From Clostridiales bacterium (GTDB lineage Bacteria > Bacillota > Clostridia > Saccharofermentanales > Saccharofermentanaceae), in NCBI GenBank assembly GCA_017513085.1, contig JAFWDK010000010.1, positions 32,001 through 96,000 of the forward strand: a stretch of 64,000 bases of DNA, written 5' to 3'. The notes beneath the pieces are model-generated. The model ran no database searches. It was not told where the DNA came from and worked only from the letters and a program-made list of their open reading frames with translations. Each line of letters opens with the position of its first letter. The first letter of the stretch is position 1. The translations under genes and the position numbers were made by a program. This document shows, piece by piece, positions 19,585-28,989 of the stretch.

Positions 19585-20568
19585 ATGCAGAAAGTAAAGT
19601 GGGGTATTCTTGGAACCGCCAATGTAGCCAGATGGGGGACGATTCCGGGTATGAAACAATCGCCGAGCTGTGAACTCTATGCGATCGCCGGCAGAAATCC
19701 GGAAAAAGCGGAAAGCTATAAGAGAGACTATGGCTTTGAAAAAGCTTATGGCAGCTATGACGAACTGATCAACGATCCGGATGTTCAGGCTATTTATATA
19801 CCATTGCCGAACGATCTTCATCTGAAGTGGGTAAAAGCTGCGCTTCAAAGCGGGAAACACGTTCTTTGCGAAAAACCATTGGCACTGAACGCCAATGAGG
19901 CAAAGGAGATGTTTCAAACCGCAAAAGACTGTGGAGTATATCTCATGGAAGCATATGCGTACCTGCATAGCCCCTATGTTGAGAGCCTGAGAAATGATGT
20001 GAAGAGTGGGTTGATCGGAGATGTGGATTATATCGACACGGCATTCGTCACGCAAGGGTATAAGGAAGATTTCCGGCTTCACAAAGAGCATGGTGGCGGT
20101 GCCATGTATGATCTCGGTTGCTACTGCACGACGATGATCCTGTCTTTGATCGATTCGGAACCGGTTTTTGTTTCCGGAAGTGCTGAATATTCCGACCTTG
20201 ATGTGGATCTGAATACTGCTGCGATCATTCGATTTAAAAACGGAGCAAGAGCATCTTTTAATGTCGGCATGATCCTTGGCGAAAACACAAATTCGCGTTT
20301 TGACAGGCTTTTCATTCATGGATCGAAAGGCTCGATCCGTTCGGATGTTGAGTATAACCAGGAAGGAAAAGTCAGCTATAAGGTGTTTTCGAAGGAAAGA
20401 GTTTCGGAGAATACGATTTCCGTTCCACATAATTATTCTCTTGAGATCGAACAGTTCAGCCGGTGCATCCTTTATGGGGAAAAACCATTTGTCACGCCTG
20501 AGTTTTCAATTAAAAACGCAGAACTAATGGATATGGTTTTTGATGCGATCGGATTTTATAAGAGATAA
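19585..20568 (+). CDS. Gfo/Idh/MocA-family oxidoreductase
   Basis: Start after AAGGAG at MQKVKWGILG. Motifs IYIPLPNDLH, GKHVLCEKP and GGGAMYDLGCY. Confidence 0.92.
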   Translation: MQKVKWGILGTANVARWGTIPGMKQSPSCELYAIAGRNPEKAESYKRDYGFEKAYGSYDELINDPDVQAIYIPLPNDLHLKWVKAALQSGKHVLCEKPLALNANEAKEMFQTAKDCGVYLMEAYAYLHSPYVESLRNDVKSGLIGDVDYIDTAFVTQGYKEDFRLHKEHGGGAMYDLGCYCTTMILSLIDSEPVFVSGSAEYSDLDVDLNTAAIIRFKNGARASFNVGMILGENTNSRFDRLFIHGSKGSIRSDVEYNQEGKVSYKVFSKERVSENTISVPHNYSLEIEQFSRCILYGEKPFVTPEFSIKNAELMDMVFDAIGFYKR

Positions 20569-20666
20569 GAATTCAGCGCCTAAAAGATAAAAATAGTTGA
20601 ACTCGAGAAGGTTATATGAGTTATAATTATTTGAGAGGGTGATTTGTTTATTGGAGGGCGAGGGGT

Positions 20667-21260
20667 ATGAAAATCTACGATATTTCGCAAGAGGTATTCG
20701 GATGTCAGGTCTATCCCGGCGATCCGTCTCCGGAAAGAGAAATCAAACTTCGAATTGAAGATGGCGCAGTCTGCAACCTTAGCGCACTTCATATGTGTGC
20801 GCACAATGGTACGCATGTGGATGCGCCATATCATTTCTTGAATGAAGGTAAAAAGATCGATGAGATCGATCTTTCAAAGTTTGTCGGGTATGCTTACGTG
20901 GCGGAACACCAGGGTGATATTACCGCTTCGGATGCTGCCAGTATCCTCGAAAAGGCTCGAAGATCTGATGCAGAAGCGGCACGGCGGATCCTGGTCAAAG
21001 GAGACGCTACCATGACGGTTGAAGCGGCTTCGGTTTTCGCTGACGCAGGGATCCTTCTTTATGGTAATGAGTCGCAGACGGTTGGACCGATGGATGCGCC
21101 TATGGCTGTTCATCTTATTATGCTTGGCGCACAGATCGTTCTTCTTGAAGGGATCCGTTTGCAAGATGTTCCAGAGGGTGTGTATATTCTTCATGCCGCG
21201 CCACTGAATCTGGGAGGTGCCGAAGGAGCCCCTTGCCGGGCGACGCTTATGCAGATATAA
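20667..21260 (+). CDS. Cyclase-family metal hydrolase (kynurenine formamidase-like)
   Basis: Motifs VYPGDP, HNGTHVDAPYH, H...LLEG and EGAPCRA. Confidence 0.88.
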   Translation: MKIYDISQEVFGCQVYPGDPSPEREIKLRIEDGAVCNLSALHMCAHNGTHVDAPYHFLNEGKKIDEIDLSKFVGYAYVAEHQGDITASDAASILEKARRSDAEAARRILVKGDATMTVEAASVFADAGILLYGNESQTVGPMDAPMAVHLIMLGAQIVLLEGIRLQDVPEGVYILHAAPLNLGGAEGAPCRATLMQI

Positions 21261-21274
21261 CGCAGGAGTGCTTT

Positions 21275-23587
21275 ATGAGCGGGAAGAGAAGATTTCATAT
21301 TGACGAGCGATATGTTACGGTCAATCTGACACTGAGTATTATCCTCTATTCGATGGTCGTTCCTTTCTGCATCTATCTTTGCGTGGATAATTATATACAC
21401 GGGAATAAAGTGGTGGCGAGATATGCATTGTTTTGTGCATCCATGACAGCGATAGCTACGGTTCTTTTTGCTATCTGCAAGTTCGGAAAGAAGAGACGCC
21501 GATGGCTGATGCATCTGGCGATCAATATCCAGTGTTTTGTCTACTGGATCACATTTACCTTCTTCCTTTATACCGGCGGAACAGGAGGAACAAGTATTTT
21601 CCTGTTTTTCCTCGCTGTTCCGGTCGTTTTCTACTTCTTTAATCTGTCCTATGGTCTGTATTTTAATATGGTTTTCTTCCTGATCATGGTTGTATATATG
21701 AATACACCGCTTCGGGAAATGGGGTATCAGTTTCCTAAGGTGTACTATTCACGTTTGCCCATGATGTATCTTGTGAATGTCATTATGTGTGGTATTGCGC
21801 AGTATGAAACCGTGAAAGCGAAGATCAAGCAGGATCGGGCTTTGGATGAAGCAAAGCGGGCTAACGAGGCGAAGACGGATTTTTTGGCGAATACCAGTCA
21901 TGAGATACGAACACCGATCAATGCGGTCCTCGGCATGAATGAAATGATCCTTAGAGAGTCCACCAAAGCGGAGAAGCTCGCCAATGCGGACCCGACACTG
22001 TATAAAGAAGTTTTCAGTAAGATCCGTCACTATTCCGGAAATGTAGATAGTGCAGGAAGTAACCTGCTTTCCATCATCAACGATATCCTGGATTTCACCA
22101 AGATCGAAGAGGGAAAGATGGATATCGTGCCGGTCGAATACCAGTTGAGCTCTTTGATCAATGATTTGAGCAATATGATCAGTTTTAAAGCCAAAGAGAA
22201 AAATCTGGTTTTTACTACGGATGTCGACGAGACGCTTCCGGATCGTCTTTATGGTGATGTGGTTCGTGTCAGACAGGTCATTACCAATATCCTGAATAAT
22301 GCCGTCAAATACACGGATTCGGGCAGTGTTACGCTGAAGATCGCCGGAAAGCGTGAAGGGGAGAAACAGGATGGAAAACCTGTCATAAACCTGATCGCTG
22401 TTGTGACAGACACAGGTATTGGCATCCGGAAGGAAAACATCGAAAAGCTTTTCGGTAAATTCGAAAGAGTGGATCTTGAGAAAAACAGTACCAAGGAAGG
22501 TACAGGACTTGGTCTGGCTATAACCAAAATGCTTCTTGAGATGATGAACGGAGATGTGAAAGTTGAGAGTACATATGGTGCCGGATCCGTTTTTACGATC
22601 GTTATTCCTCAAGTCGTGCTGGCAGAAGATCCGGTGGGTGATTTTGCGGTAAAATTCGAAAAAACACTTGGTGAAAAGAAAAGCTACCATGAGAGTTTTC
22701 ATGCGCCTTCAGCCGAGATCCTAATCGTTGATGATACCAAGATGAACCTGATCGTAGTCAAAGAGTTTTTAAAGGAGACGCAATTAAGCATCGACACTGC
22801 CGGAAGCGGTAAAGAGGCTGTGGAGATGGCAGATTCGAAAAAATATGATGTGATCCTGATGGACCAGCGGATGCCGGAAATGGACGGGGAAGAAGCTCTG
22901 CATGAAATCAGGAAACGGGAGGATGGCCCGAATCTTCATACCCCGGTGATCTGCCTGACTGCAGATGCGGTGGTGGGTGCCAGAGAACGTTATCTGTCTA
23001 AGGGTTTTGACGATTATCTGACAAAACCGATCGATAGCACGTCTTTGGAAATCATGCTGAAAAAGTATATTCCGTCGGAAAAAATCGAGAGTGCGAATGT
23101 GGAATCCGAGAAAGAGGATAAATCGATAACAGAAGAGAATTCTTCCCAAACGGAATTATCGAACCTGACAAAGTGCGGGATCGATACGAACAGCGGAATC
23201 CAAAATTGTGGAGGTGACGAAGCGTTCTATCGTACGATCCTGCATGAGTACGTCAGAAGTTCCGAAGAGAAAACATCGAATTTAAATGCTTATCTCAATA
23301 ATGAAGATTTGAAGGACTACTCGATCCTCGTACATGCATTGAAAAGCACTTCCGCGACGATCGGTGCACAGGGGCTTGCCAAGCGCGCGTCGGAACTTGA
23401 AGAGGCTGCGGCAAAAGGGAATATGGAGTTTGTGAGAACGCATCACGAGACGCTCTTGAACGAATATGAGCAGGTCTTGAAAGCATTACGAAATATGGTA
23501 CCGGAAAATGAGACATGCGCGCCTTTAAGTGCCGATGAAAACGAGGTATTAGAGTTTTTTCCTGAAAATGACGAGAATTCCTTGTAA
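21275..23587 (+). CDS. Membrane hybrid histidine kinase (TM-HisKA-HATPase-REC-Hpt)
   Basis: About 5-6 TM helices, FLANTSHEIRTP, NAVKYT, DTGIG and GTGLGL. REC domain with LIVDD/MDQRMP/KP; Hpt with HALKS. Confidence 0.93.
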   Translation: MSGKRRFHIDERYVTVNLTLSIILYSMVVPFCIYLCVDNYIHGNKVVARYALFCASMTAIATVLFAICKFGKKRRRWLMHLAINIQCFVYWITFTFFLYTGGTGGTSIFLFFLAVPVVFYFFNLSYGLYFNMVFFLIMVVYMNTPLREMGYQFPKVYYSRLPMMYLVNVIMCGIAQYETVKAKIKQDRALDEAKRANEAKTDFLANTSHEIRTPINAVLGMNEMILRESTKAEKLANADPTLYKEVFSKIRHYSGNVDSAGSNLLSIINDILDFTKIEEGKMDIVPVEYQLSSLINDLSNMISFKAKEKNLVFTTDVDETLPDRLYGDVVRVRQVITNILNNAVKYTDSGSVTLKIAGKREGEKQDGKPVINLIAVVTDTGIGIRKENIEKLFGKFERVDLEKNSTKEGTGLGLAITKMLLEMMNGDVKVESTYGAGSVFTIVIPQVVLAEDPVGDFAVKFEKTLGEKKSYHESFHAPSAEILIVDDTKMNLIVVKEFLKETQLSIDTAGSGKEAVEMADSKKYDVILMDQRMPEMDGEEALHEIRKREDGPNLHTPVICLTADAVVGARERYLSKGFDDYLTKPIDSTSLEIMLKKYIPSEKIESANVESEKEDKSITEENSSQTELSNLTKCGIDTNSGIQNCGGDEAFYRTILHEYVRSSEEKTSNLNAYLNNEDLKDYSILVHALKSTSATIGAQGLAKRASELEEAAAKGNMEFVRTHHETLLNEYEQVLKALRNMVPENETCAPLSADENEVLEFFPENDENSL

Positions 23588-23648
23588 AAGATATATGATT
23601 ATATTACTATTTTATAGGAAAAGAAAGGAAAAGAGGTAGTAAAGTATT

Positions 23649-24431
23649 ATGTGTCCACAGTATCAAGAAGATGAAGTCGATCGTTATTTTCGAATGCAAG
23701 AACAAGGCATTTCCGAAGACGAACCAAAAGAAGAACATACATATGTTGATGAGGAAGACCGGTTGCGCAGACAGCTTGTGCATGATGAGAAGGTGGTTCA
23801 ATGTGCGGAATACTCGAAGAAGTATATGTCCATTTTTTCTCTGATGGTTATCAACATAGTGCTCGCGGTGGGTTCTTTGGCGATCGCGATCCTCGCGATT
23901 GCAAATATTCGGTTTACTATAAAACATTATCAGTTGATCACAAATATCCTATATGGTATTTCCCTGACCACTTTTGTCTTGTACATTTTACAGGGTGTGA
24001 TCATATTATCATTGGGTAAATTTGTGTACGACTTTAGAACAGCAGGCATGCTGTTGATGCTTCGTGGCGCGCTTGTTGCACTAAGAACGTCTTTTGGCGG
24101 TGTTTTTGGTTCGCTGTGTGGAATCGGAGTAGCAGTCACATCCATTCTGTACATTTTGAAGTTTGTAACTGCTTTGAGTTCCAGTTTCGATAATGTGGCA
24201 ACATATATGGCGATCACTTGGGATAACTTCAAAAAACTATATACATACTTTTATATTGCCTGGGGTATTGCCATGGCGGTAAGTCTGGCTCCGATCTACG
24301 GAATGATTGGCCAGTTGTTTCTTGCTATTCTTGAGATCCTGGAGATCGTTCTCATTATTTGGGAAGTCGTTCTTATCTTCCGGTCAGCTTTGGTCATGAA
24401 GCAATATTCCCAATCCATATTTGCCGGTTAA
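23649..24431 (+). CDS. Hypothetical multi-pass membrane protein
   Basis: Acidic N-terminus followed by about 6 hydrophobic helices. GAGG RBS. Confidence 0.7.
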   Translation: MCPQYQEDEVDRYFRMQEQGISEDEPKEEHTYVDEEDRLRRQLVHDEKVVQCAEYSKKYMSIFSLMVINIVLAVGSLAIAILAIANIRFTIKHYQLITNILYGISLTTFVLYILQGVIILSLGKFVYDFRTAGMLLMLRGALVALRTSFGGVFGSLCGIGVAVTSILYILKFVTALSSSFDNVATYMAITWDNFKKLYTYFYIAWGIAMAVSLAPIYGMIGQLFLAILEILEIVLIIWEVVLIFRSALVMKQYSQSIFAG

Positions 24432-24566
24432 AAGGTTTTCAATTCCGGCCGGAAAACAAGTGCATATTGTTTTTTTCTTCAGATGAGAAATCTGTCATTT
24501 AGTTTTCCCTGAAAACGGGTATAAATAGAGCGATTAATTGTTCTTGCCGAAAGAGGGAGAGTCTTT

Positions 24567-25916
24567 ATGAAACGACAAATTGCGACCATGCTTGTGCTTT
24601 GTATATCCGCTTCCGTTTTGACTGGTTGCAAAGAAAAAGAAGTGACCGGCCCGGAGTCGGAGACGACGTTACACGATAGCGTGCAAACGACGGAAACGTC
24701 TGCTGTATTTATATCGGAAACGACTTCTGCGACGAATGAAGAGAATACGGAAACAACGATTGTCGAAACGAAGGAGAGTACCACTGAAGAGACCTCGGAA
24801 GAAACGTCGCAGAAACCGGGGGATGAACTGTTTCAGAAGTTTTCCGAAACGGTCGAAAGCAATCCTGGACTTTCAGATTATAAGGACTATGTTTACCTGA
24901 TGTTCCCTGTAGTCTCGGATGCAGAGGCATTCATTGACGAAGAGTATTTTTACTCGCGTCTTTCGACACTTACGATCAAGCCGGCGCATTTTGAAGATGG
25001 AAAGAACGGGGAGTATGACCCGTCAAATGTCATTACGTTCAATGCTGATCTAAAGACAAATTGCCCGGAAAGAATAGAGGGTGTTCTTTTTCATGAACTG
25101 ATGCATTTTGTGGATTGGAATATCAATGGCCCTTGGGAGACGACGCTGATTTTAGACGACCAACATATCCGTATGTCGGATTTTCAGACGTTATCGACAG
25201 AAGAAATGCAAAAAACGGAACTGTGTCCGGAGTCTTGGATCATTACGGAAGGTGGCGCCGAGTATTGGACGTCCAAATTCCTGACGGGTGCACCGGATGC
25301 TTATACGGATTGTGTCAGCTTTCTTTCCGGAATGGAGTATATTCTGGGAGAGGACTATATGAAAAAACTGTTCTATAGTTGGGACACCGATGCTTTTTTT
25401 GAAGAACTGTTTCTTGAAATCGGATATACTCCGGATCAATTCGTCCAGGCGAGTATTGCACTGAATTGCATTGCCCGTCCTGATGTTTTTGATATGCCTG
25501 ATGCTACGATATCCGCAGATGATATGCTGATCGAATTATATACGCAACATAAGGGCGAAAACTGGAAAGAAGATGCCAAGTTTTTGGCGATCCTGAAAAA
25601 CTTGAACGGCATTGGCCTTCAGGGATGGAGACGGTCGAAAAATGCGGATTTCCTGGAAGGAATCGTCTATCAGACATGGGATCAGTTTGAAGAATTGGAG
25701 AAGAAATTCACGGAAGGGATCCCTGAAGATCCGAATCTGGTTCACCCGTACCCGACGCTCTTTATGAAAAACGGGAAGCTTTTGTACGGAACATATGGAA
25801 GCTTTACCGATACGAAGAGTAAGGAAACATATATGGGCTATATCACATACGAGTGGGATTTTGAAACGGATACCCGATCAAACTATACCATTACGCATGC
25901 GGAAAAACTTACGTAA
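24567..25916 (+). CDS. Lipoprotein with an HEXXH zinc-metallopeptidase-like motif
   Basis: Lipobox LTGC, a Thr/Glu-rich spacer, LFHELMHF and a downstream ITEGGAEY (gluzincin-like third ligand). Confidence 0.7.
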   Translation: MKRQIATMLVLCISASVLTGCKEKEVTGPESETTLHDSVQTTETSAVFISETTSATNEENTETTIVETKESTTEETSEETSQKPGDELFQKFSETVESNPGLSDYKDYVYLMFPVVSDAEAFIDEEYFYSRLSTLTIKPAHFEDGKNGEYDPSNVITFNADLKTNCPERIEGVLFHELMHFVDWNINGPWETTLILDDQHIRMSDFQTLSTEEMQKTELCPESWIITEGGAEYWTSKFLTGAPDAYTDCVSFLSGMEYILGEDYMKKLFYSWDTDAFFEELFLEIGYTPDQFVQASIALNCIARPDVFDMPDATISADDMLIELYTQHKGENWKEDAKFLAILKNLNGIGLQGWRRSKNADFLEGIVYQTWDQFEELEKKFTEGIPEDPNLVHPYPTLFMKNGKLLYGTYGSFTDTKSKETYMGYITYEWDFETDTRSNYTITHAEKLT

Positions 25917-26691
25917 AGCTCAGTATCTCTTTGACGAGCGAAAGGAAAACGGAATCATCGACTGTATTTAAGAAGCGGATGGCATGGTAACTTGTACCAT
26001 CGGTAAAAATGGCGGTCTGCATACTGTTTTCATCGGGACCGAAAAGTTCGACCGTTACACCGTCATCTGTTTTCAGCGTACGGGATGAGGTAAAGTTTTC
26101 AGCCAGCGCATAGATCTCTTCTTTGATCGGGTTGATATTCCACAGGCATTCTTCGCTGTCTGTGCTATAGCTGATCTCTGCAAAGTTGTCATAGGTGACA
26201 TAGCTTTTCATTGTAGGTGTAAAAGGAAGACAGCAAAGGTCGGAAAGAGTAAGGCCGAGTGAACTGTTGAGTTCCGAAATATCACTGAACGTAAATATTC
26301 CACCGGAAACTCCGGTCTGTGACGGATCCGGAGTAATCAAACCACCGGCAATGATGCTCTCGCTGGTTGGAGAAACCGAAGAAGTATTTGTAACGGTTGT
26401 TTTATGAGTGTTTCTCCAAGCAAAGAAGATGCCACCACCGATAAGTAGTGCGGTGGCTGCCAGCGCAAGACTTCCGATAAGCGCAGGACGCTTGGCATTA
26501 CGGACAGGTATAAGGGAAACAGGAGTACGCGCCGATGGACGGGAAGATGTCTTTTCTGTTTGCGCGTGCTGTTGTTCAGCCGTCGGGGAAACGGATTCGT
26601 TATTTGTGCGTGCTTTTACGTTTTTCAGCACACGCTCGCGCATCTCCTCAGTAAGTTCAATGTTTTCCATAATGTTTTTGTACTTACTCAT
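25909..26691 (-). CDS. Probable anti-sigma factor (single TM)
   Basis: Start overlaps the ECF sigma stop. N-terminal KYKNIMENIELTEEMRERVL, one TM helix and an extracellular domain. Confidence 0.7.
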   Translation of the reverse strand: MSKYKNIMENIELTEEMRERVLKNVKARTNNESVSPTAEQQHAQTEKTSSRPSARTPVSLIPVRNAKRPALIGSLALAATALLIGGGIFFAWRNTHKTTVTNTSSVSPTSESIIAGGLITPDPSQTGVSGGIFTFSDISELNSSLGLTLSDLCCLPFTPTMKSYVTYDNFAEISYSTDSEECLWNINPIKEEIYALAENFTSSRTLKTDDGVTVELFGPDENSMQTAIFTDGTSYHAIRFLNTVDDSVFLSLVKEILSFT

Positions 26692-27223
26692 CGAAATCGT
26701 ACTCCTCTCGTAGTATTTCCTTCAGTTTCTTTCTTGCTCTCTTTAAACGCGTCCGTATATTGGCTCCGCTCTCGTTCAGGATCGCTGCGATCTCTTCGGT
26801 TTGGTAACCTTCTTCGTAAAACAGGTGAATGACTTCACGATAACTTTCCGGCAATGATCTGACAGCTTCCCAGATATAGGAGAGATCTTCTTTCTTTTCT
26901 GCGACGAGTTCCTCATTCAGTTCATCCGTGTCGCGGAGTTTGTTATATTCGATCCTGTTTTTGCTGAGATTAGCCGTCACGCGGAGGATCCACGCTTTTT
27001 CGTGTTCGCTGCTTGCGAAAGCAGGAGCCTGGCTGATCAGTTTGATCAGCACGTCCTGCAGGATCTCTTCGCTGTCTTCCATATTATGCACGTAGGAGTA
27101 AGCCAGACGCAGGATTCGATTGCCATGCTTGCCCAGGATCCCACGCAGGTACTCGTCCTGGGTGAGATCCTGGGATCTTTCGGAATCACTGTTTTCTGCT
27201 GTATGTCGAAGATGAAACGGCAT
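26684..27223 (-). CDS. ECF sigma-70 factor
   Basis: Region 2 LAYSYVHNMEDSEEILQDV...KAWILRVTAN. Region 4 LPESYREVIHLFYEEGY...EIAAIL...RTRLKRAR. Confidence 0.93.
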   Translation of the reverse strand: MPFHLRHTAENSDSERSQDLTQDEYLRGILGKHGNRILRLAYSYVHNMEDSEEILQDVLIKLISQAPAFASSEHEKAWILRVTANLSKNRIEYNKLRDTDELNEELVAEKKEDLSYIWEAVRSLPESYREVIHLFYEEGYQTEEIAAILNESGANIRTRLKRARKKLKEILREEYDFDE

Positions 27224-27277
27224 ATACTACTCCTGCTTGTCACTTATGCTTTCATTATACACCTATGCCGGAGCGGG

Positions 27278-28102
27278 TCAGGATTCGGAATCTGCTGCTA
27301 CGGAAGTCTCGGAAGCTTCCGGACTTCCTTCCGGATATTCCGGGTTGAAAGTCACGTCGTCAGTTGATATCTCAGCTGTTCCGTCAGATTTTTTGGTGAT
27401 CGTCATCAGCGTGAGTTCGGTGGATGGATCGTCGATGACAGCTTTCACACGGCAAAGAACCAGATACTTGGTACCATCCTTCGTGTTCAAACCAAGATAC
27501 GCGACCGGTTCATTCTCGCCACCGGCTAAAATCATGCTGGCCAGCGCTTTTTCATAGGCATCCTTGACCTCCTGGTTTTTAGCAAAAGCAACTTCTCCGG
27601 AGTTTGCGGTCCAGTCGGCGTTCTGGTTCTGAGGATCGAGAAGCGGATCGATCTTCAGGACAGATGCAGCTCCTTGCAGATCCTCGTATACGTATACGAG
27701 ATAGTAACCAGGGTTCGCGCCCGGAACTGTGGCTGTGCCTTTACAAAGAATGCAGTAGTTAGTACCTGAGACGATCTGCTTGCCGAGAAGATAAACGGCT
27801 TCGAAATCCATACCGGTCAGGGCAGAAGTTGCTTTTTCAAATGCGTCTTTCGCTTGCGGATTCTTCTCGATTTCGATGTTCTCGATGTTTCCGTCCCATC
27901 CGCCTACATGACCTAGCATATTCGGTCCCTCCGATCTCTTAATGCTCATCAGCCGGACAAGCTGTCCTTCGTCAGACGGCACCTGGGAGATTGTAGCAAG
28001 GGATCCGGCTACATCGTTCTTCGTTGTGTCTTTAGAGTTCTTGCAGCCTGCCATCGCCATGACTGTTGTTAATGTAAGTAAAATTGCAACTGACTTTTTC
28101 AT
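27278..28102 (-). CDS. Lipoprotein with two tandem cystatin-like repeats
   Basis: Lipobox MAGC. Repeat 1 is GGW...KDAFEKA...LGKQIVSGTNYCILC; repeat 2 is ADW...KDAYEKA...LGLNTKDGTKYLVLC. Confidence 0.65.
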   Translation of the reverse strand: MKKSVAILLTLTTVMAMAGCKNSKDTTKNDVAGSLATISQVPSDEGQLVRLMSIKRSEGPNMLGHVGGWDGNIENIEIEKNPQAKDAFEKATSALTGMDFEAVYLLGKQIVSGTNYCILCKGTATVPGANPGYYLVYVYEDLQGAASVLKIDPLLDPQNQNADWTANSGEVAFAKNQEVKDAYEKALASMILAGGENEPVAYLGLNTKDGTKYLVLCRVKAVIDDPSTELTLMTITKKSDGTAEISTDDVTFNPEYPEGSPEASETSVAADSES

Positions 28103-28159
28103 TTTTCGTTACCTCGTTTCTTTTCTTTTTGGTGAATCAGCTCTTGGCCTTTTCACCCT

Positions 28160-28189
28160 ATATACAGCCCGGCCGGGAAAATTGTGACA
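28160..28189 (-). promoter_or_regulatory. Candidate ECF-dependent autoregulatory promoter
   Basis: The minus strand reads TGTCACA-16 nt-TGTATAT about 60 nt upstream of the lipoprotein-ECF-anti-sigma operon. Confidence 0.45.
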
Positions 28190-28354
28190 CGGAAAATGTT
28201 GTTTTTAATGAAAAAATGTCTGATAAACGAATTAATAATCGGTTTTATAGGCTTTAGGCACAATTATATAGTCGTTTTTTTGTTTTTATATTTCTACAGT
28301 TGAGACGAATTAAAATGGTATAATTATCTAAAAATGTTGGAAAAAGGAATTTGT

Positions 28355-28963
28355 ATGATCAAAAATATAGTTTTGGACATGGGAAATGTTCTTCTCGACT
28401 TTAATCCCGAGTTCGTCTTAAGTCAATTCTGCTCTTCGGAAGAAGAAAAAGAAGTGATCCGCCAAGAGCTTTTTCATGGGCCGGAGTGGAAGATGGGAGA
28501 TCGTGGTCTCATCAAAGATAAAGACCGTTTTGATTTGGTGAAGGGACGTGTTCCGGAAAAATACCACCAGGCGTTACGGAATTGCGCGGATCACTGGGAT
28601 ATTTGCATGAAGGAACTTCCGGGTGCCAGAGAATTCTGTGAGAAGGTAAAAGCACTTGGTTTTGGGGTATATATCCTTTCGAATGCGAGTGATCTGTTTT
28701 ATTCATACTTCCCACGATTTATGCCGCTTGACTTTTTTACAGGTGTGTTTGTTTCTGCAGACCATCTTATGCTCAAGCCGGAAGTGGAAATTTTCGAAAC
28801 ATTCCTTAAAGAGTATGGTTTAAAAAGCGAGGAGTGCTTGTTTGTTGATGATCGGCAGGATAATGTCGGGGGGGCAAGACAGGCAGGTATGCAGGCGGTT
28901 TGTTTTAAGGGCGACTATGAAGAAGTGATCAGATTGGCACAAGGTGATAGGATAGCGCAATAG
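28355..28963 (+). CDS. HAD-family phosphatase
   Basis: Motifs IVLDMGNVL, LSNA, KPEVEIF and FVDDRQDN. Confidence 0.9.
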   Translation: MIKNIVLDMGNVLLDFNPEFVLSQFCSSEEEKEVIRQELFHGPEWKMGDRGLIKDKDRFDLVKGRVPEKYHQALRNCADHWDICMKELPGAREFCEKVKALGFGVYILSNASDLFYSYFPRFMPLDFFTGVFVSADHLMLKPEVEIFETFLKEYGLKSEECLFVDDRQDNVGGARQAGMQAVCFKGDYEEVIRLAQGDRIAQ

Positions 28964-28989
28964 CGTGTATCCGAGGAGGGTATGGGAAT

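Noticed and set aside
19393-22702. Long antisense ORFs (345 aa at 19393-20430, 317 aa at 21749-22702)
   Set aside because: They overlap well-supported genes on the opposite strand and lack recognisable motifs.
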